A stretch of DNA of 64,000 bases from Takakia lepidozioides. Taxonomy: Eukaryota > Plantae > Bryophyta. Of this stretch, positions 38,197 through 51,286 are shown piece by piece (within the stretch, counting starts at the first letter, position 1; each line of letters starts with the position of its first letter). The notes under the pieces were generated by a model that saw only the letters and a list, made by a program, of their open reading frames with translations, did not search any database and was not told the origin of the DNA. The stretch spans positions 94,736,001 through 94,800,000 of the forward strand of contig CM060731.1 in the NCBI GenBank assembly GCA_030704615.1, read 5' to 3'. The translations under genes and the position numbers were made by a program.

Positions 38197-39031
38197 CGTG
38201 GAAATGAAACAACGACAACCAGAGACAAAAGAGTGAACCTTTCCAATTTACAGATATTCGGGCGTTGTGGGATTGGCACGGTGACTTGCTCCTCCACTGC
38301 CTGTCTGTCTGCGCGGCAGTCAAGAATTGCCAAGTCGTGGGCGTCTTCTGCGAGAAATCAACATGTACTACGAGTATTACCCATTCCCTTATCAAGATAG
38401 CCCCCAACGGATAGTTAGCAATGCGGTCACCCTGCTGTAGATGAAGCACCCACTCGTTGCGAAATCGCCTGGCAGGGTAAACAATTAAGTCTGCTCGATC
38501 AGCGCGTCCTCCTACCACACTCAGGCCATTCAGCAAATCACAATAGGTAATTTGTTTGTCAAGGGAAATAGTGGTGCAGAAACGAAGTGCATGCAATGGT
38601 AGCGCTCCCGGCCCTTGCACAAAGAATTCTAGCCACAGGGGATTGACAAGACTGTCGCCTCGATGGTGAGTGTGTGCAGCTTCTCTATCACCAAAAACCA
38701 GGGTCTCCGGAATGCCTAGTGACTGCCAACTCAAGGAGTTTCTCGTAAAGGCCAGCTGTTTCAACGCGGCAATTGGAGACAGGGAGTGTTCCCACGAAGC
38801 CTGATCGTTGGACACCGCTGGGAGATGGTGTGTGTCAAGACAGTTGTCTTCAAGTTGCATGCGTTGCAGAGAGGTAAGGTGGGTGGCCCGCTCAAACTCG
38901 CGTCTGATGGCATTAGGAAGCACTCGTAGCGACGAGCATCCTCATCGAGCGGTTGTTGATCATGCAGTGCGAGTATGCGTCGGGCATAAAGGTCATGCTC
39001 GATTTGGGCCAAGACCTACGGGGTCGGACAT
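38180..39031 (-). pseudogene. Extra ORF (ORF0) between PBS and gag, unknown function
   Basis: Overlapping ORFs 38761-39012 and 38180-38923 with globular-looking sequence. First ATG near 39031, just after the PBS. Confidence 0.5.
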
Positions 39032-39061
39032 GGTGGCGGCTGGCTTAAGCGCAAAGTAAAA

Positions 39062-39075
39062 CCCCATCTCCACCA
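39062..39075 (-). other. Primer-binding site, tRNA-Ala-like
   Basis: TGGTGGAGATGGGG is complementary to the ...CATCTCCACCA 3' end typical of tRNA-Ala and abuts the 5' LTR. Confidence 0.7.
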
Positions 39076-40409
39076 CAAAACGCGTTAAGGGCGAGATGCT
39101 TCGTCCTCTGCAGAAACGCTTTGATTAGGGGGATGTGGCTCGGCAGAACAGCTTCAAGACGAAGGGGGAATCAATCGCAGAGGAGCCGAGCCGCCAACGG
39201 AAGTAGTGGATGCATGATAAACACACAGGAACTCTAAGGCACCGTCTCCCTGTCACACTCACTGCCGCATACCGTCTGTCCACACAGTTACCAGTACACA
39301 GGAAATGAACACCAAAATGCCACCCCCAGTCTGAGGTGTGTAGTCCTTTTCAGCGTCCGGGAAATAATTTCAGTTGAACCAGCCAGTAGCCGCTCATTCC
39401 CAGCAGCAATCGGCTAAGTGGGTTGGGCAGTCGGTTGCTGCCCCTTAGTGGTAACTAGGTCAATTTCCGAGATAATTTCTTTACAACCGGTAATATTCCT
39501 AATGATTTATTTTGTGTTCAGCTATAAATCCGGCCCTTATAAATATCAACCGGTTGACAACACAAGTGTCAAATGCACAACAATAAGTAAATAATAATAA
39601 TAATAAATAATCACAACCAGTTTTAAGCAATTCAAACAAGTGAAGAACATTGTATCCTTATAGAAGTTGGACCTGTCAATGCCTTCAAACCACATGGAGG
39701 CCAAGAATTGAACCCGCGTGGACAGGTGAGCTGTGATAGCAGGCAGCGAGTGCAAGCAGGCGTGGGCTGGGGCTGCGAGAGCAACGTCCAGACTTAGTAG
39801 GGTTTGCCCGCGGGCCCGCCCTCTTTGAGTTCAATATTTTTTCACCTAAACGCCCTTCCTTGGATGTAACCCGGCCTGGCACGTTGGATTTATGCCATGT
39901 GGTGGACTTCGACGGCCATTTCCATTTTTTGTAATATAAGAAGGGCCGGAATCCGTCCAGACCTTGCCAACTAAGGCAGATTTCCTGTCTGTAATGAAAT
40001 GGAAAGGCAAATATCCTTCCTAAAAGTAGGGCACCCGGTTGATTTCCACTTCGTCCATTTTTTCCCTGGGATCCATTTCCTGAGGTTTCATATTTCATTC
40101 GGAAATTCTGGAATTCAGTCGGCTAGCATGTAACTTGCTGCCGGTTCTCCCCGGACGTTGGTCCTTTTAACATGATCCAAGTGTCTGACATGTCATCGCC
40201 ATCTGTTGCGGCGCTATTGGCTTAAGGCCTTGTCATCTAATCTACTCCGCAAAAACTGATCAACGGCTATGATATTTAATGCAGAATTCTAACAGTATAC
40301 AAACAATAAGTAAAGCAGGAGCTCTGCAGCTCATTTACGCGGAATGAGGAAGCTTCATAAGTTCATCTGTCAGAGAGAATTGGGAGCAGGGAGAGAACGG
40401 GCCATCACA
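39076..40409 (-). repeat. 5' LTR (interrupted by MITE; lacks terminal TAGCATCACA)
   Basis: Direct repeat of 31487-31990. Confidence 0.9.
39351..40160. mobile_element. hAT-type MITE inserted in the 5' LTR
   Basis: TIRs CAGCGTCCGGG / CCCGGACGTTG, 8-bp TSD GTCCTTTT (39343-39350 and 40161-40168). Absent from the other LTR. Confidence 0.9.
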
Positions 40410-41171
40410 CCTATGCTAAAATTCTCTATATACAATTTTCCTTGTTACACATATTGTCATCTATCTTCGTCGTGTTTCTAGAACTTAAAAGGGGAAGAGA
40501 ATCTAGAGTAAAGAGGACGGATCTGCCAGTTATTCTGAAGTCTCCACCAGTTGCTCGCTTGCCGTGCTTGGATGTCTTGGAATCTAATTTCTTATTTTAA
40601 AGTTGCATTCTAGTTGTCTGTCTTTGAAGGGGTCAGCGCTTTGGACGTTTGAATTTTATCGCAAGAAGAGAGAATTGCGAAGTGAGTGATTGGCAGTGTT
40701 GACAGTTATGAAGGAAACAGATAGTGAAGGATCGGTGGTCGTTCCAGCAATGTGGCTGTTCTTGTCCTCAAATAATTATTAGGGCGGAGATGGATAACTG
40801 TGCTCTCTTCTGCCTGTTTCTGTCACAATCCCTGTTCCAAGGTTGAATGAGTTCATCTACATACCGAATCTGTTTGTGCAGTGTACTTCAATTCTAGTGT
40901 GCCAAAACCCTAAAGGAACAGTGGGGAACTGATACAAGTCGCAATATCTCGACATTACCTTGGATGCGCACTCAAATGTTTTGAAGGTGAAGCTGTTGGC
41001 AGCGGATAGCGCTTTACCCGCATCGATACTTGATATCAGTTCATCGAACATTTAATACCGAATCGTCTTGTTTGAGGGAGATACAGAGAGATATAATTGG
41101 CTACCTGAGAGCTGTGGAAATGTCCGGAAGATTCAAATCCAATTCAAACTTCTGAAGCGGGGACACAACCG

Positions 41172-44100
41172 ATGGGTCGATCCTCGTCGTCGTTCCCTCT
41201 TCGCCCCATTGCCCGATCTCTTCGCCGGTTCCCCCTTTCTGATATGTTTCCTTCTGCCATTTCCTCATTTTATATCCTTTCTTCTCCTTACCTTCCTGCG
41301 CGTCATCCGGTTGACATTCCTGATCACGGAACTGAATCTCCAGTGTCAGTTGGTTCGAATATTTGTCCGGTGCCAACTCACCTTGGGGGTGTTTATCAAG
41401 GCTTGTATCGTGCCAGTCAGCCAACCGACAATCGGCGAATAAAAATGGAAAAACAGAGTCCGTTGGAAATTACTGCAGCACGTTGCAGACCGCATTCAAG
41501 ACCGATGGACATCTCTAACTTCAATTGGTTGGGTTGTAGCCGGATTACAGACTCCCCTCATCTTTGGCATCCACAGATTCATCACCGGGGATTTGCTAGC
41601 GCAAGCGCAAGTGACATAACCAACACCGCTACTGAAAATGGAACGCCCAGCGTGCCTCCTTTCACTGCAAGTGGTTCAGAAGCTTCTAAATCTGAAATCC
41701 TGGAAGGTTTGACTGAAAGTGCTCTGAAAGGAATCAATTCAATGGGGGACATGTTTGGAGGGGTTTGGGAGGCTTCAAAGGATGCCAGAAGAGAGATGAT
41801 GTCTGCAGCTCACAGGATTATAAATCCGTCAGATGGAGGTTCAACAGTGGAGCTGGTCGTGCCTGGCTGCATGGCTGTAGGGATCACCTTGGGTTCTTGG
41901 CTCGTTTTGCCAAAGGTTCTACGGCGGTGTCATGAGTATGTAGAGTCTGGGCCGACAGCTCGTTTGTTTGGGCGAATGCCACAGGAGAAAATACCGTACG
42001 AACTCAGTATGTGGGCAGCTCTCGAGGATCCCCTCCGCGTGCTTGCCACAATTGTGACCTTTTCCTATCTGTGAGTAATGTCGATTTCCTATCTGTGAAG
42101 GTGTTTCATTTCGCGGGAAAGGGGATTGAAAATTGGAGATTGCTGAAGAAAGTACTCAGTTTGCACCTAACGTTCTGGCAATGAGCACTCGTTCTACTAT
42201 TACAAGATGAAAGTTTACTACAGCAAAATAATGAACAGTAGTAGTCTTACTTGGAAGTGTTGACTGTGCCATCTTGTTTCTATCTTTGTCTTCATATTTG
42301 TATGGTCTTAGTTGCTACAGTCAAGGTAAAGGCTCTTTTCCTACTTTTACCAAATTGCAGGTGAACTTTTTTGGCACACATAGTTTGTGATGCCATTTTT
42401 AACTGCAAATGATCGTAAATTTTCCTTGACCCAGGGGTTATATGGTGGCACCATCATCCATTACGGATCACTACCTGACACAGATATGGAAAGGGACTAC
42501 AGTGGTAAGTGTGGTATGGTTCCTATATCGGTGGAAGGCCAATGTATTTGCACGCATTGCTGCCGGGAAGACGATAACGGGAACCGACCGGGAGCGCTAT
42601 CTGATGATGGATAGGTTATCTTCAGTGGGCTTGTTGCTGCTGGGAGGCATGGCACTTGCTGAAGCTTGTGGTGTGGCAGTTCAGTCTGTTTTGACTGTTG
42701 GAGGAATCGGAGGTAGACAATTTGTAAACTTGAAAAATCTGTCGGAGTCTACCATTATGTACTGCAGTCAGTGGTGTGATTGGTACAGAGGGGCCACTCT
42801 TCAAGTGCTGAGCTGTGATATTTTCTTCTTCTCACTTTGAGGCACATTTTCGAAGTCCATTGCTAGTCTCTGTTTTGTACTGGTGGCCTATACAGCCTTG
42901 TTGTCCCTTGAAAAGAGGCCATAAGTTGGTGTGGAGTCGCCCTCTTCATGTGGGAACTCAAGTTTGTGGTACAACAATAAGATATGAATGAAAGTGACTT
43001 GGGGGATGCAGGGGTGGCTACTGCATTTGCTGCCAAGGACATAATTGGCAATATGTTAAGTGGTGTGGCACTGCAATTCTCCAGACCGTTCTCTATTGGT
43101 GACTCCATCACTGTACATCCCTTAACCATGATATCCCCCACATTGTTTCTGTTTCTGTTGTAATATTTGTTAGCTTGGTCGTTACATATCCTTTTGAGTG
43201 GTTTCATAGCATGGGGGATTGACCATCACAAGCTGATAACGTTTTTGGTGGGATATGACGCAGGCGGGGTCAGTGAGTGGGCAGGTGGTAGAAATGGGCC
43301 TTCACTCTACACAGTTACTCAATCCTGAAAAGTTCCCCATCACTGTCCCCAATTCATATTTCTCCAGTCAGGTGACAACACCATCTACTAGATCTCGTCC
43401 TTTTTCTTTGTGGCTAGTATATCCATGGGTCCAATCTTTCAAAATGTTTTATGTGGTCTCATGTTGGTTTTGACTATTGTAGAGTGATTTAGTCCATATG
43501 ATAATGTTGTAAGGATTGTGCTTGTAAACTATAGCTTCATTTTCCAAGAATCACAACCATTCCAGTACATTAAAATGGGTGGTTCTAAAACAGGTGCAAT
43601 TAATTCAACAGCTGAAGATACTCCTCAATTCTTCCAAAACCACTGAATTTAGGAACACCTTCCTAGAGCCCATATCCATAAGTTTAGGCTTGCAGCTGAC
43701 CCAATGTGCTTGCAGGTCATAGTGAATAAGTCACGGGTGAGGTGGCGAGGTATGGCTTCTATCCTGCCAGTCCGGCTACAAGACATTGAGAAGGTTCCCT
43801 TCATTACTGCAGAAGTGCGGGAAATGTTGAAGACCCATCCCAAAGTCTACTTGGAAAGTGAGAAGCCTCGCTGCTATGTTGTGAAAGTTGGACCTGCATC
43901 TGTGGAGATTGCCATCAACTGCAATCTCAAGCCTATGGTAAGGCATAATAGATTTGATTGGCTGTTCTAGATGCTCTCAAAGAATTGAACTCAAGTTCTT
44001 TCCTATCCATGGATGGCAGAAGGTGAAACTTGCAGAACTTTGCAGATTGCCAATTTATAGTTGAGATGGGAATGCAAATAGTTGCTGTGTCATCAGTACA

Positions 44101-44436
44101 AACACCATTAGCCCTGAAATAATCAACTGCGGTAATTAGTTTTTAGAGTAGATCATAGGGCACTTTCACCAAAGTTTTCTTTCACATGAGTTGCTTGGGG
44201 CTCTTACCATACAAGTGGATGGTTCTTTGGAAAGTGAAGGAGACACATTCAATGGTCGGAGACGGTTTCAACCCACCTCCTTAGTCCCTTTAAAGTTTGC
44301 TTTCACGTCTAATGCCCTTCCCATTTGGTGAACAACGCAGGGAACAGACGACTATCTAGTGGCACAGGAGGAGATTTTGACACAGGCGGCACACATTGTG
44401 ATCAAGTTGGGTGCTGTTCTTGGTGCCAGTGCTTGA
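41172..44436 (+). CDS. MSL1: Mechanosensitive channel MscS-like, MSL1-type (probably mitochondrial)
   Basis: Six exons (about 41172-42070, 42436-42712, 43011-43112, 43264-43371, 43716-43937, 44341-44436). Motifs WAALEDP, AEACGVAVQSVLTVGGIGGVATAFAAKDIIGNMLSG..FSRPFSIGDSI, GQVVEMGL, VPNSYFSSQVIVNKSR. Arg/Ser-rich N-terminus. Confidence 0.92.
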
Positions 44437-45229
44437 TGAATGCCTTTGTGTGTACAACAAAGAAAGGCCCCCCAATTTCTCACTGATGAATTCATACAGA
44501 GAGGGATATGGTCTTGCCCAAATTATGCTGACTCAGGGTTTCATGGGCACTAAAGCCAAAAAGAAATAGCCATATGGCTTCAATGGAAATGCTGATTGGG
44601 ATTGCAACCAGTCGGCCCTATCCATGAATTGAGGAAGACCTATAGCTCGCTCTCCAAATGGACCCACTGATGGAAGAATTACCCCAAACGGTCTACTTGG
44701 AAAACAAAACACTATAAGGTCCACACTGGAAACAACACACTGGAAGAATTACTGGTGGAAGTTGTCGCTTGCTGGAAACCTCTGTGTACAATTAAAATTC
44801 AGGAGGGTACCAGTCGACAAAGAATCCATACTATCATTGATACAAAATAGCCAGAGCATTCCATATGATTGGAAGCTGACAAGCTGATTACCTCCATGCA
44901 ACATAGGTTTTGAATGTTTCAAACAAACTGCACTGATTTACTGAGGATTTATTCTGTCAATAAGCATTGCAATGAATGCATGGTAAATGATTGCAGTGAT
45001 CTGAAACATTGTTCACAAAGGTCCTTATAAATGTTTGCAGATGTTTAAATCACAAGGAATTCCGCTATCAGACCTGTTACTAATTATTTTCCTCAAGGTG
45101 AGAACATAAAATATTTTTTCTTGCTTGAGATGAGGTTACAACTGTAATTGCATATGATGCAGGCCCTGCAATTGTTGTCTGCATGTGTGGGAAGATCCGG
45201 AGTACCTACTGTGAAGGTAACTTTTCAGC

Positions 45230-45405
45230 CTTCTGCACTGCAATGAGTACATCCTCTACCCATACAAATGGGCTGACAGCCTTCTTTGTCATTTGGTAGT
45301 TAGAGCTCGCAAGTGTTCTTCTGCACTGCAATGAGTACATCCTCTACCCATACAAATGGGCTGACAGCCTTCTTTGTCATTTGGTAGTTAGAGCTCGCAA
45401 GTGTT
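45230..45405. repeat. Perfect 88-bp tandem duplication
   Basis: cttctgcactgcaatgagtac...gctcgcaagtgtt occurs twice, at 45230-45317 and 45318-45405. Confidence 0.9.
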
Positions 45406-45680
45406 AGATTCCATCGTATGAAATATGTCTGGTAGTCCATGTCAGAGATAGTATGACACTAAATCTTTGTTAGTAGGAGAATTGTATTTTAAACTCCCGG
45501 AAGTGCTGTATCATATGTCTAGTTATTACCAAAACCTTTTAAGGTATTCTCATTACCTACTAATCTGCTTCCATGTTACACAGTATTTATACGTCTTTAA
45601 AGCACACAAATTGAACCCTGCCACATTACCGAGAGCTTTTAGTTTGGAAGAGACCATTACTATTTATATATACACACACA

Positions 45681-48600
45681 TCAAGGCTCGAATTGCATAT
45701 TGAGAACTTCTTGTCTGATTTCTTCAAAGAGTGGTCCAGACAGATACCGCTCACCAAAGCTTGGTACCATTGTCTGCACAGGCAAGGCAAAACCACACAT
45801 TCAAGGCTTTAGGGTAGATACCACCTTCTGGTTCAAATATTCTACAGACTCCAGCCAGTCTAATTAGCTTGCCTGGCCATCACATTTGATGGACTCTCAG
45901 ATTTGTGAACAGGGCATTCTTCTTGGGCACAATAGTCCTCATGGAAACTTCAAACCAAGTTGCGAATAAATCTTGGTGTCCGTGCAATCCAGTTAGTAAT
46001 TTGAGCTCCATCACCAATGTACGAAATCTTGGGCCTGGACTATCCTCTCCTAGAATGTCACACCAAAACACATCATAAGCATTGTTGAGCCACTATATGT
46101 ACATGTCCTAGAAGCAACAGTTATTGAAGATGGATACTTGCCACAATAAGCTTTCCTTCATTCTCGGCCATTTGTTTGATGGCAGCCAATGTGTTAGCCC
46201 CGGATGAGATGCCCACCTGTCATCCTCAAACCAGCATCATGCACGACTCACAGACCCCATTCACTGTCTGTTTGGTACAATCACTGTACAAAGAAATTGA
46301 CAGACAACCAGTTGGTATGGACTCAAATTGCCTCTGAAGTGCAATATTGCATTGCTGAAGTTGTCTTCATTTTTTTCAGGTAAAGTCCTCACTTAAGCAA
46401 CGCCTAAATGATCCGGCTTTACATGAGACAGCCTATTACTGAGGATACACACTTCAATCTAGAGTGAAACTGGGTCACTGGCTCAACCATGAGTGACATG
46501 ATGGCAGTCTGTGTAGCAGTGGGATAGCAGTGGAGCCAAAGTAGGAATCGTACCAGCAAGCCTTCTTGCCATGCAAGCTTGCAAGCCATCTCCACTGCTT
46601 CTCGACTCTTTATCTGTTCAACAGGTGGAATGAAAGCATGTTACTGCATGATCGCTTGAGCTCTGAACCACACTCACAACCTTCACAGAATCTGTTGCTA
46701 CCCTTTTTGGGTGAGTGAACCCAATTAATGAGCCATAAATTAGACGACAACAGATTCAGAAAACATTTCTAAGCTTCAAATTATCATAACAGGGGATTCA
46801 AATATATGTGAACAACTATAATGGGTCTGACCAAGGATAAAGTTCCTGCTCGTGCAGGGGTAGAAGGAAAGGAGGCCATTGGTAAAAGTTCTAACTTGCT
46901 CCTCCTTTCATGACGAACTTAGCAAAGACAATATACATGCAATCCTCGAAAGTCTGTAGGAGTCTGTAGCTTACAAGAAAAAGATAAAGGGAGTGTAGAT
47001 AGACAGGTATGTAGGACACAGGCCCTTGCCCTGGGTGGATCACCTGGAGCACACCATCCATCATTGGCACATCCAGGATGCCCGGCACAAAGCCAGTCCC
47101 TTTGCCAGTAATCAAATGTGGTCCTGATCACAAAAACACATTATTTCATGCGGTGTCAGGGATTTGTATGATCATGCAGCACTGGAACACCATTCCCAAT
47201 TATCTGTAAGCTCTACCATAATTTTAACATTTCCCTTGGGGCTTTAAAACACGATCCCCACATCATACTCTTGAGTTCCAACGTCAAGTTTTTCTAGAGT
47301 CCAACGAAAAGGCCCTGGAAATCAGGAGTGTGTCCGGTTTGCGTATGATCCCAGGTGCAGAGTCCTTTCGGCATCATGATTAACAACAGCAAATGACACC
47401 CCATCTGCCCAACGGCTTTCAGATCCAAATACTACCTGCATAAATTTCGATAAACTCAGCTGTAACCTAAGGCAGTATTGGGAACTGGCCTGTACAACTC
47501 ACAGGCCTTAAATACAACCTTGGTCTCCAACCTCAGCTGGCCAGACAGTAATGTGGTCGTATCTAATCAAGGTGCCTGACATGCAGAAGTACCGCATGAA
47601 CATCACTGATTTATACAGGGGTTTTCACGTACCTGCTTTGCCTCCATTCAGTATATTGCTGAAATGGCTCCACACCATATATCTGTGAGTTACACCCATT
47701 TTATCCAGACATCCATTTGGCCCCAATAAATGCTTACGGTCCATTCAACTGTTGGAATTGAGCTAAAGCATTTCAGTTTAGTTTCCTGAAAATTCTTTCA
47801 TGATCACGACGGAAAACGAGCACAATTTAAGGAGTTAGTGAGACTTAATTTATACTCCTTATGCATTCCAGTACCCTTTGCTTGAAGTCTTTGAAAATGG
47901 AAGTGAATAAATGGGTACAGAATAAAGAAAACCTTAATATTCGGGTTTTTGCTCTTCAGAAAATTGCCAACACCTGTCACAGTCCCACCGCTGCCAATCC
48001 CTGAGCAAAATATGTCAACCTGGCCTGCTGTGTCTTCCCATATTTCCGGTCCAGTTGTCTGAAAATGCACCTGGAACCAGCATAGCCATTTAACTTCAAC
48101 TCCAGCTCTCCGTTATGAGCATGCACGTTGCATCGACAGACAACCTAACTCTTGTGGCTTTCTGTGCTTAGATCCTAAGGTCAGGGATAGATGACACGAA
48201 AGGTAGGACCTTGGGGTTAGCAGGGTTGTTAAACTGCTGAAGCATGTGTGAATTTGGAGTCCTCGCCAGAACTTCCTCTGCCTTCATGACGGCTCCCACC
48301 ATTCCCTTATGAGGGTCTGTGAGGACAAGTTCTGCACCCAATGCGCGCATCACCATCCTCCGCTCAAGACTGGTGAAGGAAGGCATAGTGATGATCATCT
48401 TGTAGCCTTTGGCGGCAGCAACGAACGCGAGCCCTATGCCCGTGTTACCCGACGTTGGTTCCACCAAAGTTGTCTGCATTTCACCAAAATTCACTACGCG
48501 CATCACGTTAGAAATTTGGATTTTAATTAGTTAAGGACTACCTTCATGGTCCTCATCATCTAGCTTGATGCACAGCACGTACCTTTCCTGGAGAAATTAA

Positions 48601-49700
48601 CCCCCTTGCTTCGGCATCTTCAATCATGGCATATCCAATCCTGCATATCCGGCAATTCTCGACTCAGTTACAAGCTCCACGGAGGATGACAATTCCTAGT
48701 TGCAGATCACAACAGAAACCTGCACGTCGAATTTCTCCGTCTAAACAATCATCACAGTTGTATGAAGTCTGTTATTGCTACTCAGAAGAGATCCGGTGGG
48801 ATCGCCCATGCGGTCCACCGCACTGAATCCTAACATCAGTCGCGTCCACGACACAGAGTTCCACATAGGAGAGAAAGTACCTGTCCTTGACGCTATTGCA
48901 GGGCTGCATGCTTTCAACTTTCACAGCGATGGTAGCTTTGCAGCCTTCTACCACCCTGTTGAGATAGACCATGGGAGTCCTCCCAACCAGCTGCATTCAA
49001 ATCATAATTATGAACTCCACATTCCGCATCCCAGAAAAGAATTACAATTAGGAGACGGGTCTTCATCACTCTTCCTGAAGACATACAGCGCGGAACGGAG
49101 CGCGCATAGTGCCCAATTCTACCTGAGATACATCGCTAGCGATACGGAGCTTCCCTTCAGCTTCAGCGTCCGGCTTTGTCTCAGTGAAGAGCGCCTGGGC
49201 TCTAATCCCCGTACGACCACCGGTGGCCCTCCAGCTCCCCCGTTCCTGTGTGCGCGCCCTGAGCTTCACAACATCAATCAACGCTCGGTGGAATGGAGCG
49301 GGTGCGGCTCGATGGACGTGTTCGCAAGATCGCTCGACCGCCCCTGCAACCTCTACTCCCTTGCAGTTCAGGTGACAGCATGCTTCGCAGCGACAGCCAT
49401 GGTTGGCACAGGTTACTGTATTCTCCGTTTCTTCTAAACTTGCACACACAGTCAATGTTCTCTAGCAGTACAGGCAGATCGATCTCTCAATGTCTATTTC
49501 TATGGGGGACTAGACTGTTGACACAGATGGGGAAGAGGCGGGGGAGAGCCGCAGCGCACCGCCGCATCCCCCAGTTCCACCCCGCCCGCACAGGGCGCTG
49601 TGGCTTCTCGGTCGGAAGCACGGCCCCACCTACAACTCACCTCGTACATCTTCGGTTCCATCTTCCCACTTACATTCATCTGCTTCTTCGTCTTCTTCAT
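45681..49700 (-). CDS. Cysteine synthase family, beta-cyanoalanine synthase (CYS-C1)-like; apparent 2-nt frameshift
   Basis: [18 protein letters not shown] (PLP lysine), [59 protein letters not shown]. Stop at 45681. The first exon (49641-49700) is inferred. Confidence 0.85.
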
Positions 49701-50087
49701 TGTATTAGTGCGAAATGGATTTCACTTGAGAATTTCCTAACAGGCTCCACCCAGGACACCAAATGCATGTCCGGACGTCGGGTCCCACACCACATGGTCT
49801 GCTGGGAAACAAACCCTGCGCCGCCAGCTTCTAGGTGCTTTCTCTTATGCAGCCGCGAGCAGCAACCAAAGTATTATAGTGATTGGGAGATGCAGGCTGC
49901 AACCGGTTGTGCTTGCTTTCTGGTTCACAGTCTCATAAGCCCACCGGTCGCAGCACAACATAGCAGAAATGTGCGCTGTACTTGACATGGGGATAATTTG
50001 AATCAAGAAATGGCTTGGTGGACTGTCGGAGCCATTTGAGGCGATGAGCAGTGAATATGAGATAACCATCCCACAGCATGTGAGGAG

Positions 50088-50285
50088 TTTATTTTTATTT
50101 TTTATTTTATTATTATAAGGGAAGCACGACAGCTCACAAATCAGGCCCCTTGATAATGAGAACCTCTTTCACAGTAACCGCGCGCCATGGAGGCTGAGAA
50201 ATGGGCACCCGTCAAGTAGCAGGTTTTGACCCCAAAATCGTTTGGGTGCCCCAGTGCACTTAACCAACTGAGCTACCGACTGTTG
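50088..50285 (-). mobile_element. tRNA-derived SINE
   Basis: Minus strand: A-box TAGCTCAGTTGG, B-box-like GGTCAAAACC, a non-tRNA body, and an A-rich tail (AATAAAAATAAAAAATAAA). Confidence 0.6.
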
Positions 50286-51286
50286 GTAGCTATTTTGTTT
50301 CAAGGAATTTTGAGACAATTTAACAAACTAGGGCTTCGCGTTGCTCCGCACTACTAGCAACAACTTCTGAGAAGGACGTCCGGACGGACGGGCCATACTC
50401 GGGGATCATGAGAGAGAGTACGGAACATGCAGCCTGCCAAAATGTCGGTCACGCAGTTCCGATTGGTGGGGGGGGGGGGGGGGGAAGGGGAGTTGGAGGG
50501 GTCTTCCACGGGTCGTCTTGGTACAACCAGTAGTTAGAGGCCCTTAACCCTTAATGGGGTATAAATTAAAGGTGAGTAACCGAAGGTGAGAGAACCGCCC
50601 TTAAAAAATAGATCTCAGCTGTTGTCCGCAGGGTAACCGCACCCGCCACGTGGCGGGGCGTGGCTCCGCGCAGGCCGGTCTGTGCTGCAGACTGCTCGTC
50701 CCTGCCGCGGTTAAAGCTAGCGTCCGCTGGTCCTTGAACAATCGTATTATCCAGCGGGTAAAGACCGGTACATGGCCACGCGGCTATGTACTTGCTCTCC
50801 TGGTACAAATGAAGTCAGCGCTGGGGCCCACGCAGCCCCTACGCCGTGACGCCTAGCCATGGCCACCTCCCACGCCTAGTTGATTTAGTGCCTAGCTCTC
50901 AGGCGCAGCAGCACCCAGGGCTCTCCCGGCTGCTCGCGATGGTGGGCAGGTCCTGGCTCCATTCCCCGAAAACAGGCGTGACACGTTCATGCTGGTGTTC
51001 CGTGAATTGATCCAGTGACTTGCCTAGACTTTCAAGTGAATCAATTTTAGTCCTCCCATCAGATTACATCCAACTTCCCACATTTCAAAACACCATGGCA
51101 TATATATAGATGACAGGATCTGGCACTCTGTAGACGCTCACAGTTGGTTACAAGTACTGCGACTCTTTAGGTGCGAGACTGCCCAACTGCATTGTCCCAA
51201 CCACCCAAGCTGCCGTCCATCCTACTGCCACTTTGACTTGCTCGTTCTTGTCTATTGCTCATCGTCGAGCTTCACCCCTTCCCCCA

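Larger units (their letters stand above)
31476..40409 (-). mobile_element. Ty3/Gypsy LTR retrotransposon (ORF0-gag-PR-dUTPase-like-RT-RH-INT), degenerate
   Basis: Two highly similar LTRs, TGTGATG...CATCACA termini, PBS, PPT and gypsy domain order. Possible imperfect 4-bp TSD CCTC/CCTA. Confidence 0.95.

Noticed and set aside
50225-50285. tRNA gene
   Set aside because: Only A/B-box-like remnants with no complete cloverleaf, followed by an unrelated body and A-tail, so treated as a SINE.
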